From NCBI GenBank assembly GCA_964387645.1, contig CAYLYM010000007.1, positions 149-64,148 of the forward strand: a DNA stretch of 64,000 nucleotides, given 5' to 3'. Both the position numbers and the translations under genes were made by a program. Of the stretch, positions 41,329-52,591 are shown one piece after another. How positions within the stretch are numbered: the stretch's first letter is position 1; each line of letters begins with the position of its first letter. The notes below the pieces were generated by a model that was not told the DNA's origin, did no database searches, and was given only the letters and a program-made list of their open reading frames with translations. Origin of the DNA: an uncultured Calditrichaceae bacterium. GTDB lineage: Bacteria > Calditrichota > Calditrichia > RBG-13-44-9.

Positions 41329-42165
41329 TTGGAGGTAAAGATGTTGAAGATAGTGAATTTCTCTGTATGCCTTCTTGCATTTTTTTCTTTTTCAGTTTAT
41401 GCTCAATATTTACAAAAATCACCAACTGGTGGAATAGTGGATTGGACCAATTATGTGATTCGGGAGATTGGTATTGGTATGCCTAATCCCAATATGCCAA
41501 TTGCCGTTCAACGAGCTAAAGCTGTGGAAGCAGCAAAAAGGGAAGCTTTCCAAAACTTGTTAGAACGTGTTAAAGGAATGTGCATTAATTCTGAAATCAC
41601 AATTCAACAATATATAGTTACCAACGATATTATTCGAAATAAAGTTGAAGGATTAGTGCGCAATTTCAGAGTTATCGATACGCGTTATAAAAGTGATGGA
41701 AGTGTGGAGGTTGAAGTTGAGATACCAATCACTGGTATTTTAGAAGCTGTTTTGACCGACCAACTTACGGAGGGAATAATGCCTTATCAAATATCTCCCG
41801 GCACAGCACCATCTCCTGCCTCTCCTGTTTATACCGGTCTCATTATTGATGCTAGAGGTCTGGGTGTACGTCCAGCTCTGGCACCTAAAATACTGGATGA
41901 GAATAATCAGGAAATCTATGGAACAGGTCGGGTAAGCCGAGGATATGCTTTGCAGATTGGCGTTGTTGGATATGAAAGAAATTTAAATAGGGCGCTTGCC
42001 CATGAACGTGTTAAGAACAATCCTCTCATAGTAAAAGCAATAGGATCTGTAGGTACTAATAATACGGACGTGATAATTTCACAACAGGATGCAGAAAGAA
42101 TTCGCGTAGCCAACCAGAATTTGAATTTTCTTCAACAATGTAAAGTTATGTTTATTATAGATTAA
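41329..42165 (+). CDS. Hypothetical secreted protein (LPP20-like N-terminal region)
   Basis: Signal peptide. Weak resemblance to LPP20-like lipoprotein folds. Confidence 0.4.
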   Translation: MEVKMLKIVNFSVCLLAFFSFSVYAQYLQKSPTGGIVDWTNYVIREIGIGMPNPNMPIAVQRAKAVEAAKREAFQNLLERVKGMCINSEITIQQYIVTNDIIRNKVEGLVRNFRVIDTRYKSDGSVEVEVEIPITGILEAVLTDQLTEGIMPYQISPGTAPSPASPVYTGLIIDARGLGVRPALAPKILDENNQEIYGTGRVSRGYALQIGVVGYERNLNRALAHERVKNNPLIVKAIGSVGTNNTDVIISQQDAERIRVANQNLNFLQQCKVMFIID

Positions 42166-42258
42166 GGTAAAAAGAAATTTAAAATGATCAGGCAAATTTG
42201 ATATTTTAATAATACATTGATTTTAATACTCTTGGAATGCATCGCCCATGTCGATGCA

Positions 42259-42305
42259 TAGCATTTGGTTAATCCCGAGAAAGGGGTGGCTTACGCCATG
42301 TGCTA
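42259..42305 (+). other. Copy A of a conserved bracketed element TAGCAT-[...GGGGTGGCTTAC...]-TGCTA, preceded by an 8-bp perfect hairpin (42237-42259)
   Basis: Shares TAGCAT...cgNgaNaGGGGTGGCTTNa...TGCTA with 44536-44598. Lies ~160 nt upstream of the aconitase-family gene start. Confidence 0.3.
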
Positions 42306-42463
42306 CAAAAAGAAATATTTAAAAATTAATAAAATTAAAATAGAGTTGCACCTTACTTTTCTGTTGTAAAACTTGGGTCTGTTTGATTTTCAAAGTAGAT
42401 AAAAATTTTCAAAATAACTTTTTTACACCAAGAAATTTAAAGTAGTGAAAAACGGGAGAGTTT

Positions 42464-44446
42464 ATGGCACAGAACCTTGTCGAAAAAATTGCTCAAAAGT
42501 TTGCAGTAGGTCTGGAAAAAGGTTATGAGGTTCACAGTGGTGATTTTATTTCTGTAAGACCTGCACATGTTTTAACTCATGATAATACAGGTGCAGTCAT
42601 TCCTAAGTTTTTAAGTATTGGTGCTAAAAAAATTGCTATACCCAGACAGCCGGTATTTGCTCTTGACCATAACGTCCAGGATACCAGCGAGAAAAATTTA
42701 AAAAAGTATGTCCGGATTGAGCAATTTGCTCGGCAGATGGGAGTTGATTTTTATCCGGCAGGTCGCGGTATTGGTCACCAGATTATGTGTGAAGAAGGCT
42801 ATGCCTGGCCAGGTACAATGGTAGTGGCTTCCGATAGTCATGCTAATATGTATGGCGCTCTGGGATGTTTGGGAACACCGGTTGTTCGAACGGATGCAGC
42901 AGCAATCTGGGCGACGGGACGGACCTGGTGGCAGGTGCCACTCGTGGCGAAAGTAATTTTAAAGGGACAATTACAGACCGGAGTGACAGGTAAGGATGTT
43001 ATCATAGCATTATGCGGATACTTCAATAAAGACGAGGTGCTTAATCATGCTGTGGAGTTTACAGGAGAAGGGATAAAAAGTCTTACTATCGAACAACGTT
43101 TAACTATTGCTAATATGACCACAGAGTGGGGGGCTTTAGCAGGTTTATTTCCGGTGGATGAAATCACACTCCAATGGTTAAGACAAAGGGCAGAATTTGT
43201 AGCTAAACGGGGACTGGCCGGAGTTCCTTCCGATGCAGATGGGAAAGGTGTTCATCCCAGATTAAATCTGGAGAGGATAAAACAGTTAGAAGAGGAACTT
43301 GAAACTTTAAAACCTGATGTGGACGCTTATTATGCTAAAGAATTGGAATTAGATTTATCAACGGTGCAACCTCATGTAGCGGGGCCCGATACCGTAAAAG
43401 TGATAATGCCACTTGTGGAAGCCAGGAAAAAGGATATTCGCATACATAAGGCTTATCTTGTTTCTTGTGTCAATAGCCGCCAGGAGGATATTGCAGAAGC
43501 AGCCCGAATAATTAAAGGAAAAAAAGTTGCCTCAGGGGTAAAATTTTACATCGCTGCAGCTTCTAACGAGGTGCAAGCCGATGCAGAAAAAAACGGTGAT
43601 TGGCAAACTTTATTAAAAGCTGGCGCTATTGCCTTACCGCCCGGATGTGGTCCTTGTATTGGCCTGGGTGTTGGATTGTTAAAGGATGGTGAAGTTGGTA
43701 TCTCAGCAACCAATCGTAACTTCAAAGGCCGCATGGGATCGAAAAATGCTGAAGCGTATCTGGCTTCTCCGGCGGTGGTTGCTGCATCGGCTATTGCAGG
43801 TAGAATTGATTATCCTGGTGAATGGCTTTCGGAGATACCCATTACCAAAATTGAAATAAAGCCAAAAGCAAAGAGAACACCAGTAGAAAATAAGTTACAT
43901 AAGGATTTTCCTTCTCTAATTGAAGGAGAACTTGTTTTTTGCCACAAGGACAATTTGAATACTGATGGTATTTATCCCGGGAAATATACTTATATAGATG
44001 ATTTTACACCTGAACAGCAATCTCGGGTTGTTATGGAAAATTATGATCCAGAATTTACGCGCCTTGTGAAGGAGGGTGATATTCTGGTTGGTGGATTCAA
44101 TTTCGCTACTGGTAGCTCAAGGGAACAAGCTGTCACCGCTCTGAAGTATCGCGGAATTCGGCTGGTTTTAGCTGGCTCTTTTAGTGAAACCTACAAACGC
44201 AATGCTTTAAATAATGGCTTTTTGGTATTAGAAGCTCCGGAGTTGGTACTAGACTTAAAAAAAGAATATGGAACAGAAAAATTAACTATCAGAACCGGAA
44301 AATTGGCGAAGATCGATTTCAGAAAATCAATTGTGAAAGTAGGTGAAAAAGAATATACTATCAGCCCGGTTGGTTTACCAGCACAGGAATTAATATTAGT
44401 TGGAGGACTAGAAAACTGGGTTTGTTCTCAGTTAAAAAATAAATAG
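42464..44446 (+). CDS. Aconitase-family hydro-lyase, fused large (LeuC-like) and small/swivel (LeuD-like) domains (3-isopropylmalate dehydratase/homoaconitase type)
   Basis: Aconitase Fe-S cluster Cys ligands (SCVNSR, GCGPCIGLG). C-terminal swivel domain (NFATGSSREQAV). 660 aa. Confidence 0.75.
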   Translation: MAQNLVEKIAQKFAVGLEKGYEVHSGDFISVRPAHVLTHDNTGAVIPKFLSIGAKKIAIPRQPVFALDHNVQDTSEKNLKKYVRIEQFARQMGVDFYPAGRGIGHQIMCEEGYAWPGTMVVASDSHANMYGALGCLGTPVVRTDAAAIWATGRTWWQVPLVAKVILKGQLQTGVTGKDVIIALCGYFNKDEVLNHAVEFTGEGIKSLTIEQRLTIANMTTEWGALAGLFPVDEITLQWLRQRAEFVAKRGLAGVPSDADGKGVHPRLNLERIKQLEEELETLKPDVDAYYAKELELDLSTVQPHVAGPDTVKVIMPLVEARKKDIRIHKAYLVSCVNSRQEDIAEAARIIKGKKVASGVKFYIAAASNEVQADAEKNGDWQTLLKAGAIALPPGCGPCIGLGVGLLKDGEVGISATNRNFKGRMGSKNAEAYLASPAVVAASAIAGRIDYPGEWLSEIPITKIEIKPKAKRTPVENKLHKDFPSLIEGELVFCHKDNLNTDGIYPGKYTYIDDFTPEQQSRVVMENYDPEFTRLVKEGDILVGGFNFATGSSREQAVTALKYRGIRLVLAGSFSETYKRNALNNGFLVLEAPELVLDLKKEYGTEKLTIRTGKLAKIDFRKSIVKVGEKEYTISPVGLPAQELILVGGLENWVCSQLKNK

Positions 44447-44535
44447 GGAAAAAGTTCTATTTTATCTGTCGTCTCTTGCTTTGAATAAAAATGAGTTAAT
44501 TTGAAATAGTTATAGAATTACCATAAAATAAATCG

Positions 44536-44598
44536 TAGCATAACTGAAGAGATACCCTGAACCTTTCGGGAGGGGTGGCTTGAATCCGTGTTTTGCTA
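44536..44598 (+). other. Copy B of the TAGCAT-[...GGGGTGGCTTGAA...]-TGCTA element, between convergent genes
   Basis: tagcataactgaagagataccctgaacctttcgggaGGGGTGGCTTGAAtccgtgttttgcta. Same orientation as copy A. Confidence 0.3.
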
Positions 44599-44697
44599 GT
44601 TAATAACAATTTCTAGGTCACAAAGCTAATTCTGCTAGGTGATTTCTTGTCTACATTTTCTAAAATAAGTGAATGACATTTATTAGATATTGAATAA

Positions 44698-46266
44698 CTA
44701 AACCCGATAGTGGCAACCTTTACTCTGTTTGTTTTCCCATGCGGCCAGAGTAACAACAATAGCGGTACGAACCGCGTTGCGCAGTCCAATCAGGCTGTCT
44801 ATTAGGCGGGAGTTTTGATAAAATTGTTCAATTTCATTTTCCAGGTTTCTTAATTCACGCAAAGCTCTCGCCAGACGAGGCCCGGTACGTATTAGTCCAA
44901 CATAATTCCACATGATATGCTTAATGAAACTCATGTCCTGATTAATCAAAGCTGGGTCTGGATCTTCCAGGCCCGTATCCATCCAGGGTGGATAATTTCC
45001 CGGTTCAGCCCGGCGGGTTTGGGACAGAGTTTTTAGAATATGATTGGCAGAACGGTTCCCCCAAACCAATCCTTCTAGCAAAGAGGTGCTTGCTAAACGG
45101 TTAGCACCGTGAACACCAGTGCAAGAAACCTCTCCCACAGCATAAAGGTTGCGAATAGTGGATTTCCCCCATTCGTCCACCCAAATACCACCGCAGGAGT
45201 AATGTGCTGCAGGAACAACGGGAATTGGTTCCTTGGTAGGATCGATACCATAAGCCAGGCAATTTTTATAAATTGTTGGGAACTTTTCTATAATTTCTTT
45301 TGCAGGAATATAGGAATGTAGATCCAGATAGACATTTGATACACCGTGTTCAAGCATTTCCTGATGGATACTTCGCGAAACCACATCGCGTGGAGCTAAA
45401 TCTTTCCATTCAGGATCATATTTGTGCATAAAAGGTTCACCGTTGGAATTGATAAGTCGAGCACCAGCACCTCGCACTGCCTCTGATATTAAAAAATGTG
45501 GGGCTTGTTTGTAATGAAAAGTAGTAGGATGAAATTGTATATATTCTAGATTAATAATTCTGGCTCCGGCACGGTATGCCATTGCGATTCCATCGCCTCT
45601 TGCCCAATCTGGATTACTTGATAACAAAAAAATCTGCCCCAGCCCTCCAGTAGCAAGAATTGTTTTTTTTGCAAGGCAGCGAATGACCTGCTGTTTTTTC
45701 TGATCTAATAAGTACGCTCCTGTACACGAGAGCGGTTCATAGACTTCCAATCGATTTCGTGAATGGTGGGAGGGAGTGAGCAGGTCAATGGCAGTATAAC
45801 CCTTTAAAAGGGTGATGTTAGGATGTCTGGAAAGTTTTTTGATTAAAGCGTGTTGGATAGCCTGACCTGTACTATCTCTAAAATGTAAAATGCGAGGTAC
45901 TGAATGGCTTCCTTCTCTCGCTAATGATAAGCTACCATCCGGGTTCTTGTCAAAAACAACCTCTAATTTCTCCATTAAAATTTTTTCAACCAGTTTTGGA
46001 CCTTCAGTGGCTAAAATGTTCACTGCCTTGGGATTGCACTGCCAGACACCTGCTCTCTGGATATCCTCTGCCAATAATTTCGGAGAGTCTTTTTCTCCCT
46101 TGTAAATAATGCCACCCTGGGCATAAAAGGTGTTGGATTCCAAAGGATCATTTGTCCGTGTAACTATAGTAACATCTACCCCGGCATCAGCCAGTTGTAA
46201 AGCGGCTGTTCCTCCTGCAATGCCGCATCCAATAATCAATACTTCTGTCTCAATGTGGTCTGACAT
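44698..46266 (-). CDS. nadB: L-aspartate oxidase
   Basis: N-terminal FAD motif VLIIGCGIAGGTAA, succinate-dehydrogenase/fumarate-reductase flavoprotein-like, 522 aa. Sits in a nadC-nadA-nadB cluster. Confidence 0.85.
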   Translation of the reverse strand: MSDHIETEVLIIGCGIAGGTAALQLADAGVDVTIVTRTNDPLESNTFYAQGGIIYKGEKDSPKLLAEDIQRAGVWQCNPKAVNILATEGPKLVEKILMEKLEVVFDKNPDGSLSLAREGSHSVPRILHFRDSTGQAIQHALIKKLSRHPNITLLKGYTAIDLLTPSHHSRNRLEVYEPLSCTGAYLLDQKKQQVIRCLAKKTILATGGLGQIFLLSSNPDWARGDGIAMAYRAGARIINLEYIQFHPTTFHYKQAPHFLISEAVRGAGARLINSNGEPFMHKYDPEWKDLAPRDVVSRSIHQEMLEHGVSNVYLDLHSYIPAKEIIEKFPTIYKNCLAYGIDPTKEPIPVVPAAHYSCGGIWVDEWGKSTIRNLYAVGEVSCTGVHGANRLASTSLLEGLVWGNRSANHILKTLSQTRRAEPGNYPPWMDTGLEDPDPALINQDMSFIKHIMWNYVGLIRTGPRLARALRELRNLENEIEQFYQNSRLIDSLIGLRNAVRTAIVVTLAAWENKQSKGCHYRV

Positions 46267-46275
46267 TTTTTCACC

Positions 46276-47310
46276 TTATCTAATGGCTAACATACGCTCG
46301 ACAGCCTGTAAAGCTCTAACTCGGATGTCTTCAGGCACTTCAATGATGTATTGAATATCTTGTAATGCTTTAAGAGTATTTTCCAGAGTAATTTCATTCA
46401 TGTGTGGACATCGGTGGCTACACAATCGAATAATTTCCTTATTCGGATTGGAAGCAATAATATTATCACCCATAGAACATTCTGTCAAAAGCAGATACTG
46501 TGGGGCCGAAGTTTGTTCCACATATTTAATCATAGCAGATGTGCTACCAGAGAAATCTGCCGCTTCAACAACCTCTGGACTACATTCAGGATGGGCAAGA
46601 ACCACTACATCAGGGAACTGTTTCCGGACATTTTCGACATCTTCTACTGTAAATTTCTCATGTACCTCACATTTTCCTTCCCAACCTATGATTTGATAAT
46701 CAAGGTCGGTATTGTTTTGAGTACGGGGCATTTTGCTTGGAAATACAATATGTTTTTTGGTCTCTCGAGCAACATTTTTCGCCAGATATTCATCTGGTAA
46801 AAATATTATGGTATTTGCATTTAGTGCTTCAACAACTTTTACCGCATTCCCTGATGTGCAACAAATATCGCTTTCTGCCTTTACGTCAGCATAAGTGTTA
46901 ATGTATGTGACCACCGGTACACCAGGGAAACGCTTTTTCAGTTGCCTTACGTCTTCGGCAGTAATGCTTTCGGCCAATGAACATCCGGCATTTTTGGCTG
47001 GAAGTAAAACGGTTTTATCAGGATTTAAAATTTTTGCTGTTTCGGCCATGAAACGCACACCACAAAAAACGATGATGTCTTTCTCAGTTTCCGCTGCTTT
47101 GCGACTCAATTCCAGAGAATCTCCTGTATAATCTGGAATGGTATGATAAAGGGCTGGCTCCATGTAGTTGTGTCCCAGAATTACCGCATTTCGCTTCTTT
47201 TTAAGACGGTTTATCCGATCAACTAACTCCGCTTTGTATCTTAATTCAAACTCAGGCACAAAATTTCCAAGTTTTTCTTTCATAAATTGATAAATTTCTT
47301 CTATAGGCAT
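46276..47310 (-). CDS. nadA: Quinolinate synthase
   Basis: NadA fold with Fe-S Cys ligands. Lies between nadC and nadB. Confidence 0.85.
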   Translation of the reverse strand: MPIEEIYQFMKEKLGNFVPEFELRYKAELVDRINRLKKKRNAVILGHNYMEPALYHTIPDYTGDSLELSRKAAETEKDIIVFCGVRFMAETAKILNPDKTVLLPAKNAGCSLAESITAEDVRQLKKRFPGVPVVTYINTYADVKAESDICCTSGNAVKVVEALNANTIIFLPDEYLAKNVARETKKHIVFPSKMPRTQNNTDLDYQIIGWEGKCEVHEKFTVEDVENVRKQFPDVVVLAHPECSPEVVEAADFSGSTSAMIKYVEQTSAPQYLLLTECSMGDNIIASNPNKEIIRLCSHRCPHMNEITLENTLKALQDIQYIIEVPEDIRVRALQAVERMLAIR

Positions 47311-47352
47311 TCATTTCTCCTACATTAATTAAAAGAAAAGTATATTAATAAT

Positions 47353-48258
47353 TTAAAATGAATTTATGATATCTTTCTTTTTTAAAATCAGGCTGATGTC
47401 TAATGCTTTTACTGAATGAGTTAATTTCCCTATTGAGATATAATTAACTCCTGCTTCAGCAATTTCTTTAACATTTTCTAATGTAATATTACCGGAAGCT
47501 TCTAATGGAATTTTGCCTGCAACCATTTCAACAGCTTTTTTTATTTCGGTAACGGTCATGTTATCTAACATAATTCTATCCACATCTAGTGACAGTGCTT
47601 CCTGTAATTCTTCTAGGTTTTTAACTTCTACCTCAATTTTCCTTTTTTCAGGATCTCCAGTGCGAACTCGTTGCACGGCTTCTTTGATGCTTCCAGCCAC
47701 TGTGATATGATTTTCTTTGATTAGAGCCATATCATACAAACCAAAACGGTGGTTTTGCCCACCCCCTAATACAACTGCCAGTTTGTCTAACAGACGAAGC
47801 CCAGGGACTGTTTTTCGTGTATCCAGAATAATACAATCCGTATGTTTAATAGCGTTTACAAATTGACGGGTCAGTGTAGCAATTCCCGACATTCTTTGTA
47901 GAAAATTCAGTGCCACACGTTCACCTTTTAGAATGGTCCTGACGTCACCTTCAATTTCTGCAAAAATAGTTTCTTTTTTAACAAAATCTCCATCTTTAAA
48001 ATTTGTATGAAATGAAATATAACCATTCAGTAACTGGAAAGTTTTTTGGGCTACTGGTAAACCTGCTAAAACTCCATTTTCCTTGGTGATGAATTGTCCT
48101 GTAAAGATCATTCCAGAAGGAACAATACAGTCAGTAGTGACATCACCTTTGCCAATATCTTCTGCCAGAGCATTTCTAATGATTGCTTCAATCTCTTTTT
48201 GATTTCTCTCAAAAATTGATGCGTTATTTTCTCCATTATTTTGAAATTTATTATCCAT
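47353..48258 (-). CDS. nadC: Nicotinate-nucleotide pyrophosphorylase (quinolinate phosphoribosyltransferase)
   Basis: QPRTase motifs (TRKT.PGLR, MLDNM). 301 aa. Confidence 0.85.
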   Translation of the reverse strand: MDNKFQNNGENNASIFERNQKEIEAIIRNALAEDIGKGDVTTDCIVPSGMIFTGQFITKENGVLAGLPVAQKTFQLLNGYISFHTNFKDGDFVKKETIFAEIEGDVRTILKGERVALNFLQRMSGIATLTRQFVNAIKHTDCIILDTRKTVPGLRLLDKLAVVLGGGQNHRFGLYDMALIKENHITVAGSIKEAVQRVRTGDPEKRKIEVEVKNLEELQEALSLDVDRIMLDNMTVTEIKKAVEMVAGKIPLEASGNITLENVKEIAEAGVNYISIGKLTHSVKALDISLILKKKDIINSF

Positions 48259-48565
48259 AATTAGATATATTTAATTTTCTTTTATTTTTATGTTTTAAGT
48301 TAATCATGTTAATGTCATAAAGTCAACCTTGCATCTTTTTTTATAAATAAAAGAAGATAATCTTTCATAGTGTTTACAACGAAATTTTTTTAAAATATTA
48401 TTGTTTTTAATATAATTATTTAATTTATCGTGGTGACTGTTTTCTTCAAGTTTTTTAGAATAAGCAAATTACAAAAATTATTTTTGTTAAATAAAAATTA
48501 ATATTTATTTTTTTGTGAGCGCAGAAAAGACATTAAAGCTGATATAAGTTTAAGGAGAGTTGAAA

Positions 48566-49600
48566 ATGGAGATAAATAGGGGATTTGCCAGTGACAATAA
48601 TGCGGGGGTACATCCTGAAATCATGAATGCCTTAATGGAGGCAAATCAAGGGCATGTTATTGCATATGGTGATGATCCTTTTACAGCAGAAGCCAGGAAA
48701 ATTTTTAAAAAACATTTTGGGGAAGAAATTGAGGTGTTTTTTGTTTTTAATGGCACTGGTGCGAATGTGCTCGGTTTAGCAAATATTACCCGATCTTTTA
48801 ACTCTATTATTTGCACCGAAGTAGCCCATTTAAATGTTGATGAATGCGGAGCGCTGGAAAAATTTACAGGATGTAAGTTGTTAACAGTTCCTGCAACAGA
48901 TGGAAAATTAACCATCGAAGGGATTCAAAGACACATGCATGGTTTTGGATTTGAACATCATGTTCAACCGAAAGTTATTTCCGTTACACAGGCAACTGAA
49001 ATGGGAACAGTTTACACTCCTGATGAAATTAAAGAATTATCTAATTATGCCCATAAACACGGCTTGTTTGTACATATGGATGGGGCAAGAATAGCTAACG
49101 CTGCGGCTTACCTGAATTGCAATTTACGTGAAATTACAGGTGATGTTGGTGTCGATGTACTTTCTTTTGGCGGAACAAAAAATGGTATGATGTTTGGAGA
49201 GGCAGTCATTTTCTTCAATCCTGGGTTAGCTGAAAATTTTAAGTATCTTCGCAAGCAAGGAATGCAATTAGGATCGAAAATGCGATTCATCTCTGCTCAA
49301 TTTATTGCGCTCTTGTCTGGTGATTTGTGGTTCAGAAATGCAAAGCATGCCAACCAGATGGCGCAATATCTTGCTGATAAAATCAAAGGTATTCCTCAGA
49401 TTAAAATTACCCAACCCGTTCAAGCAAATGGGGTTTTTGCTATTGTTCCACCTGAATACATTCCTGAGCTTCAGAAAAAATTCTTTTTTTACATTTGGAA
49501 CGAAGAGACATCTGAAGTTCGTTGGATGACGGCATTCGATACTACTAAAGAAGATATCGATCAATTCGTGGAGATTATACACAACGTTTTGAAAGAATAA
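48566..49600 (+). CDS. ltaE: Low-specificity L-threonine aldolase (PLP-dependent)
   Basis: FASDNNAGVHPEIM N-terminus and the PLP Lys region (GGTKNG). The ATG at 48566 is preferred (6 nt after AAGGAGAG) over the TTG at 48560 in the ORF track. Confidence 0.75.
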   Translation: MEINRGFASDNNAGVHPEIMNALMEANQGHVIAYGDDPFTAEARKIFKKHFGEEIEVFFVFNGTGANVLGLANITRSFNSIICTEVAHLNVDECGALEKFTGCKLLTVPATDGKLTIEGIQRHMHGFGFEHHVQPKVISVTQATEMGTVYTPDEIKELSNYAHKHGLFVHMDGARIANAAAYLNCNLREITGDVGVDVLSFGGTKNGMMFGEAVIFFNPGLAENFKYLRKQGMQLGSKMRFISAQFIALLSGDLWFRNAKHANQMAQYLADKIKGIPQIKITQPVQANGVFAIVPPEYIPELQKKFFFYIWNEETSEVRWMTAFDTTKEDIDQFVEIIHNVLKE

Positions 49601-49706
49601 GAAATTTTGCAATTTGAAACTTTACAATTCGCATCTTGCAAAAAAGTGGGGATTTTTTTATTTTTAATAAAGTCATTGAATTACATCAAATAAAAGGGGG
49701 ATTAAA

Positions 49707-50846
49707 ATGGCCTCAAAAAAGGAACTTTTAAACAGGCGTGATTTTCTTAAAAGTAGCGCGCTGGTAACTTTTACAGCAAGTGTCTCGCCTGTCGCTCTTA
49801 AAGCTACCAACAAGAAAGAGGCTAATGAAAAAAATATTCTTAATTTTAATCCGAAAATGCGCTATAGGCAATTGGGAAATACTAATATTTATTTATCTGT
49901 TATTAGTCTGGGGGGAATAGGACTGCAAATTCCAGTAGCACATTATGCAATTGATCAAGGTGTGAATTTAGTCCATATTTCACACAAATATTCGAACGGT
50001 AATTCTATTATTAATCTTGGAAAGGTTCTTAAGGAAAAAAGAGATAAAGTTTATGTGGCACTGAAGGCAAATTTTGACGACATTGATCCTGTTCTCAAAA
50101 CACTCAACACGGATTATGTAGATTTTCTTATGTTTAATCGCCATTCTGTTTCAGCGGTTAAAGATCCGCGAAATATTGAGATTTTTGAGAAATATAAGCA
50201 ACAAGGTAAAGTTCGTTTTGCCGGATTAACAACACATCGTGATGTTAAAGCCTGTGTAAATGCTGGTCTCGGGATTGATCTTTATTGTGCCATAATGCCG
50301 GTACTTAATCAGCCCAATCTGGAGGCTTTGAATCAGGAATTAAAAATTGCCTATGAGCGTGGTATTGGAATTATTGCGATGAAAACTATGAAGGGTATCA
50401 CCGATCCCAAACTGGAAACAGCTTATTTGAAAAAAGTTTTAAGCAATCCGGCTGTAACTACTGTTCTTAAAGGATTTAATACTTTCAACATGTTTGATTC
50501 TTATATGAAAGCAATGCAAGAAACGTTATCTTATGAAGAAGATGTAGCTCTCTATCGTTATGCTCAGGTGAATCGATCGAATAATTGCATGATGTGTGGA
50601 GAATGTGAAAGAATATGTCCAGAGGGCATTGAAATTTCCACTGCTCTGCGATGTAAGGATTATTACGATGAACAACTTCATGATTTTGACACTGCTTTGG
50701 CTACATACCAGTCTATTCCATCAGACAAGAGAATCAGTTCAGTTTGTAGGTTTTGCCGGCAGTGCGAAGAGGTATGTTTAAATGGGATCAATATTGTGGA
50801 TCGTCTGGAAGCGGCGGCGGGAAGATTTTCAGAAAGTTATGCTTAA
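49707..50846 (+). CDS. Aldo/keto reductase fused to a C-terminal 4Fe-4S ferredoxin domain, with Tat signal
   Basis: N-terminal RRDFLKSSA Tat motif. AKR barrel. C-terminal CMMCGECERICP and CRFCRQCEEVC motifs. Confidence 0.75.
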   Translation: MASKKELLNRRDFLKSSALVTFTASVSPVALKATNKKEANEKNILNFNPKMRYRQLGNTNIYLSVISLGGIGLQIPVAHYAIDQGVNLVHISHKYSNGNSIINLGKVLKEKRDKVYVALKANFDDIDPVLKTLNTDYVDFLMFNRHSVSAVKDPRNIEIFEKYKQQGKVRFAGLTTHRDVKACVNAGLGIDLYCAIMPVLNQPNLEALNQELKIAYERGIGIIAMKTMKGITDPKLETAYLKKVLSNPAVTTVLKGFNTFNMFDSYMKAMQETLSYEEDVALYRYAQVNRSNNCMMCGECERICPEGIEISTALRCKDYYDEQLHDFDTALATYQSIPSDKRISSVCRFCRQCEEVCLNGINIVDRLEAAAGRFSESYA

Positions 50847-50878
50847 AGAAAATTTATGATCAGAAAGAACACAGTTAA

Positions 50879-52186
<1,308 letters not shown>

Positions 52187-52215
52187 TTAAATTGTCTAAT
52201 AGTCTAATAGATAAA

Positions 52216-52239
52216 AGGAGGGGAAATATTTCCCCTCCT
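52216..52239 (+). terminator. Perfect 24-nt palindrome AGGAGGGGAAAT/ATTTCCCCTCCT between eno and the ftsB-like gene
   Basis: 12-bp stem. The 5' arm is SD-like (AGGAGG) and the 3' arm is anti-SD-like (CCTCCT). No U-tract follows. Confidence 0.4.
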
Positions 52240-52249
52240 GGTGATTATA

Positions 52250-52591
52250 ATGAAAACCTCCCGAAAACAAGTAAGAAATTATCATTTCAGTAAGCGTCCT
52301 CCAAGAAAAAAGGTAGGGATGAATCTTAAACGATGGATTTTACTCTCTATACTGCTTGTTCTATTTCTGATCTTCTTCACAGGAAATCGGTCTTTGCAGA
52401 AGCTTTACTCCCTTTATCAGGAAAAACAGAACTTGATTAAAGAAAAAGAAAAATTAGAAAAAACGAATAAAAAACTAGAAGAGGAAATTTATAAATTACA
52501 ACATGATAAGAACTATCTTGAGAAAATAGCTCGAGAAAAACATAATATGAAAAAACCCAAAGAAGATGTATACCACATTATAGTACATTAA
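52250..52591 (+). CDS. Septum-formation initiator family protein (FtsB/DivIC-like)
   Basis: One N-terminal TM segment followed by a coiled coil (LQKLYSLYQEKQNLIKEKEKLEKTNKKLEEEIYKLQ). Located downstream of eno. Confidence 0.55.
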   Translation: MKTSRKQVRNYHFSKRPPRKKVGMNLKRWILLSILLVLFLIFFTGNRSLQKLYSLYQEKQNLIKEKEKLEKTNKKLEEEIYKLQHDKNYLEKIAREKHNMKKPKEDVYHIIVH

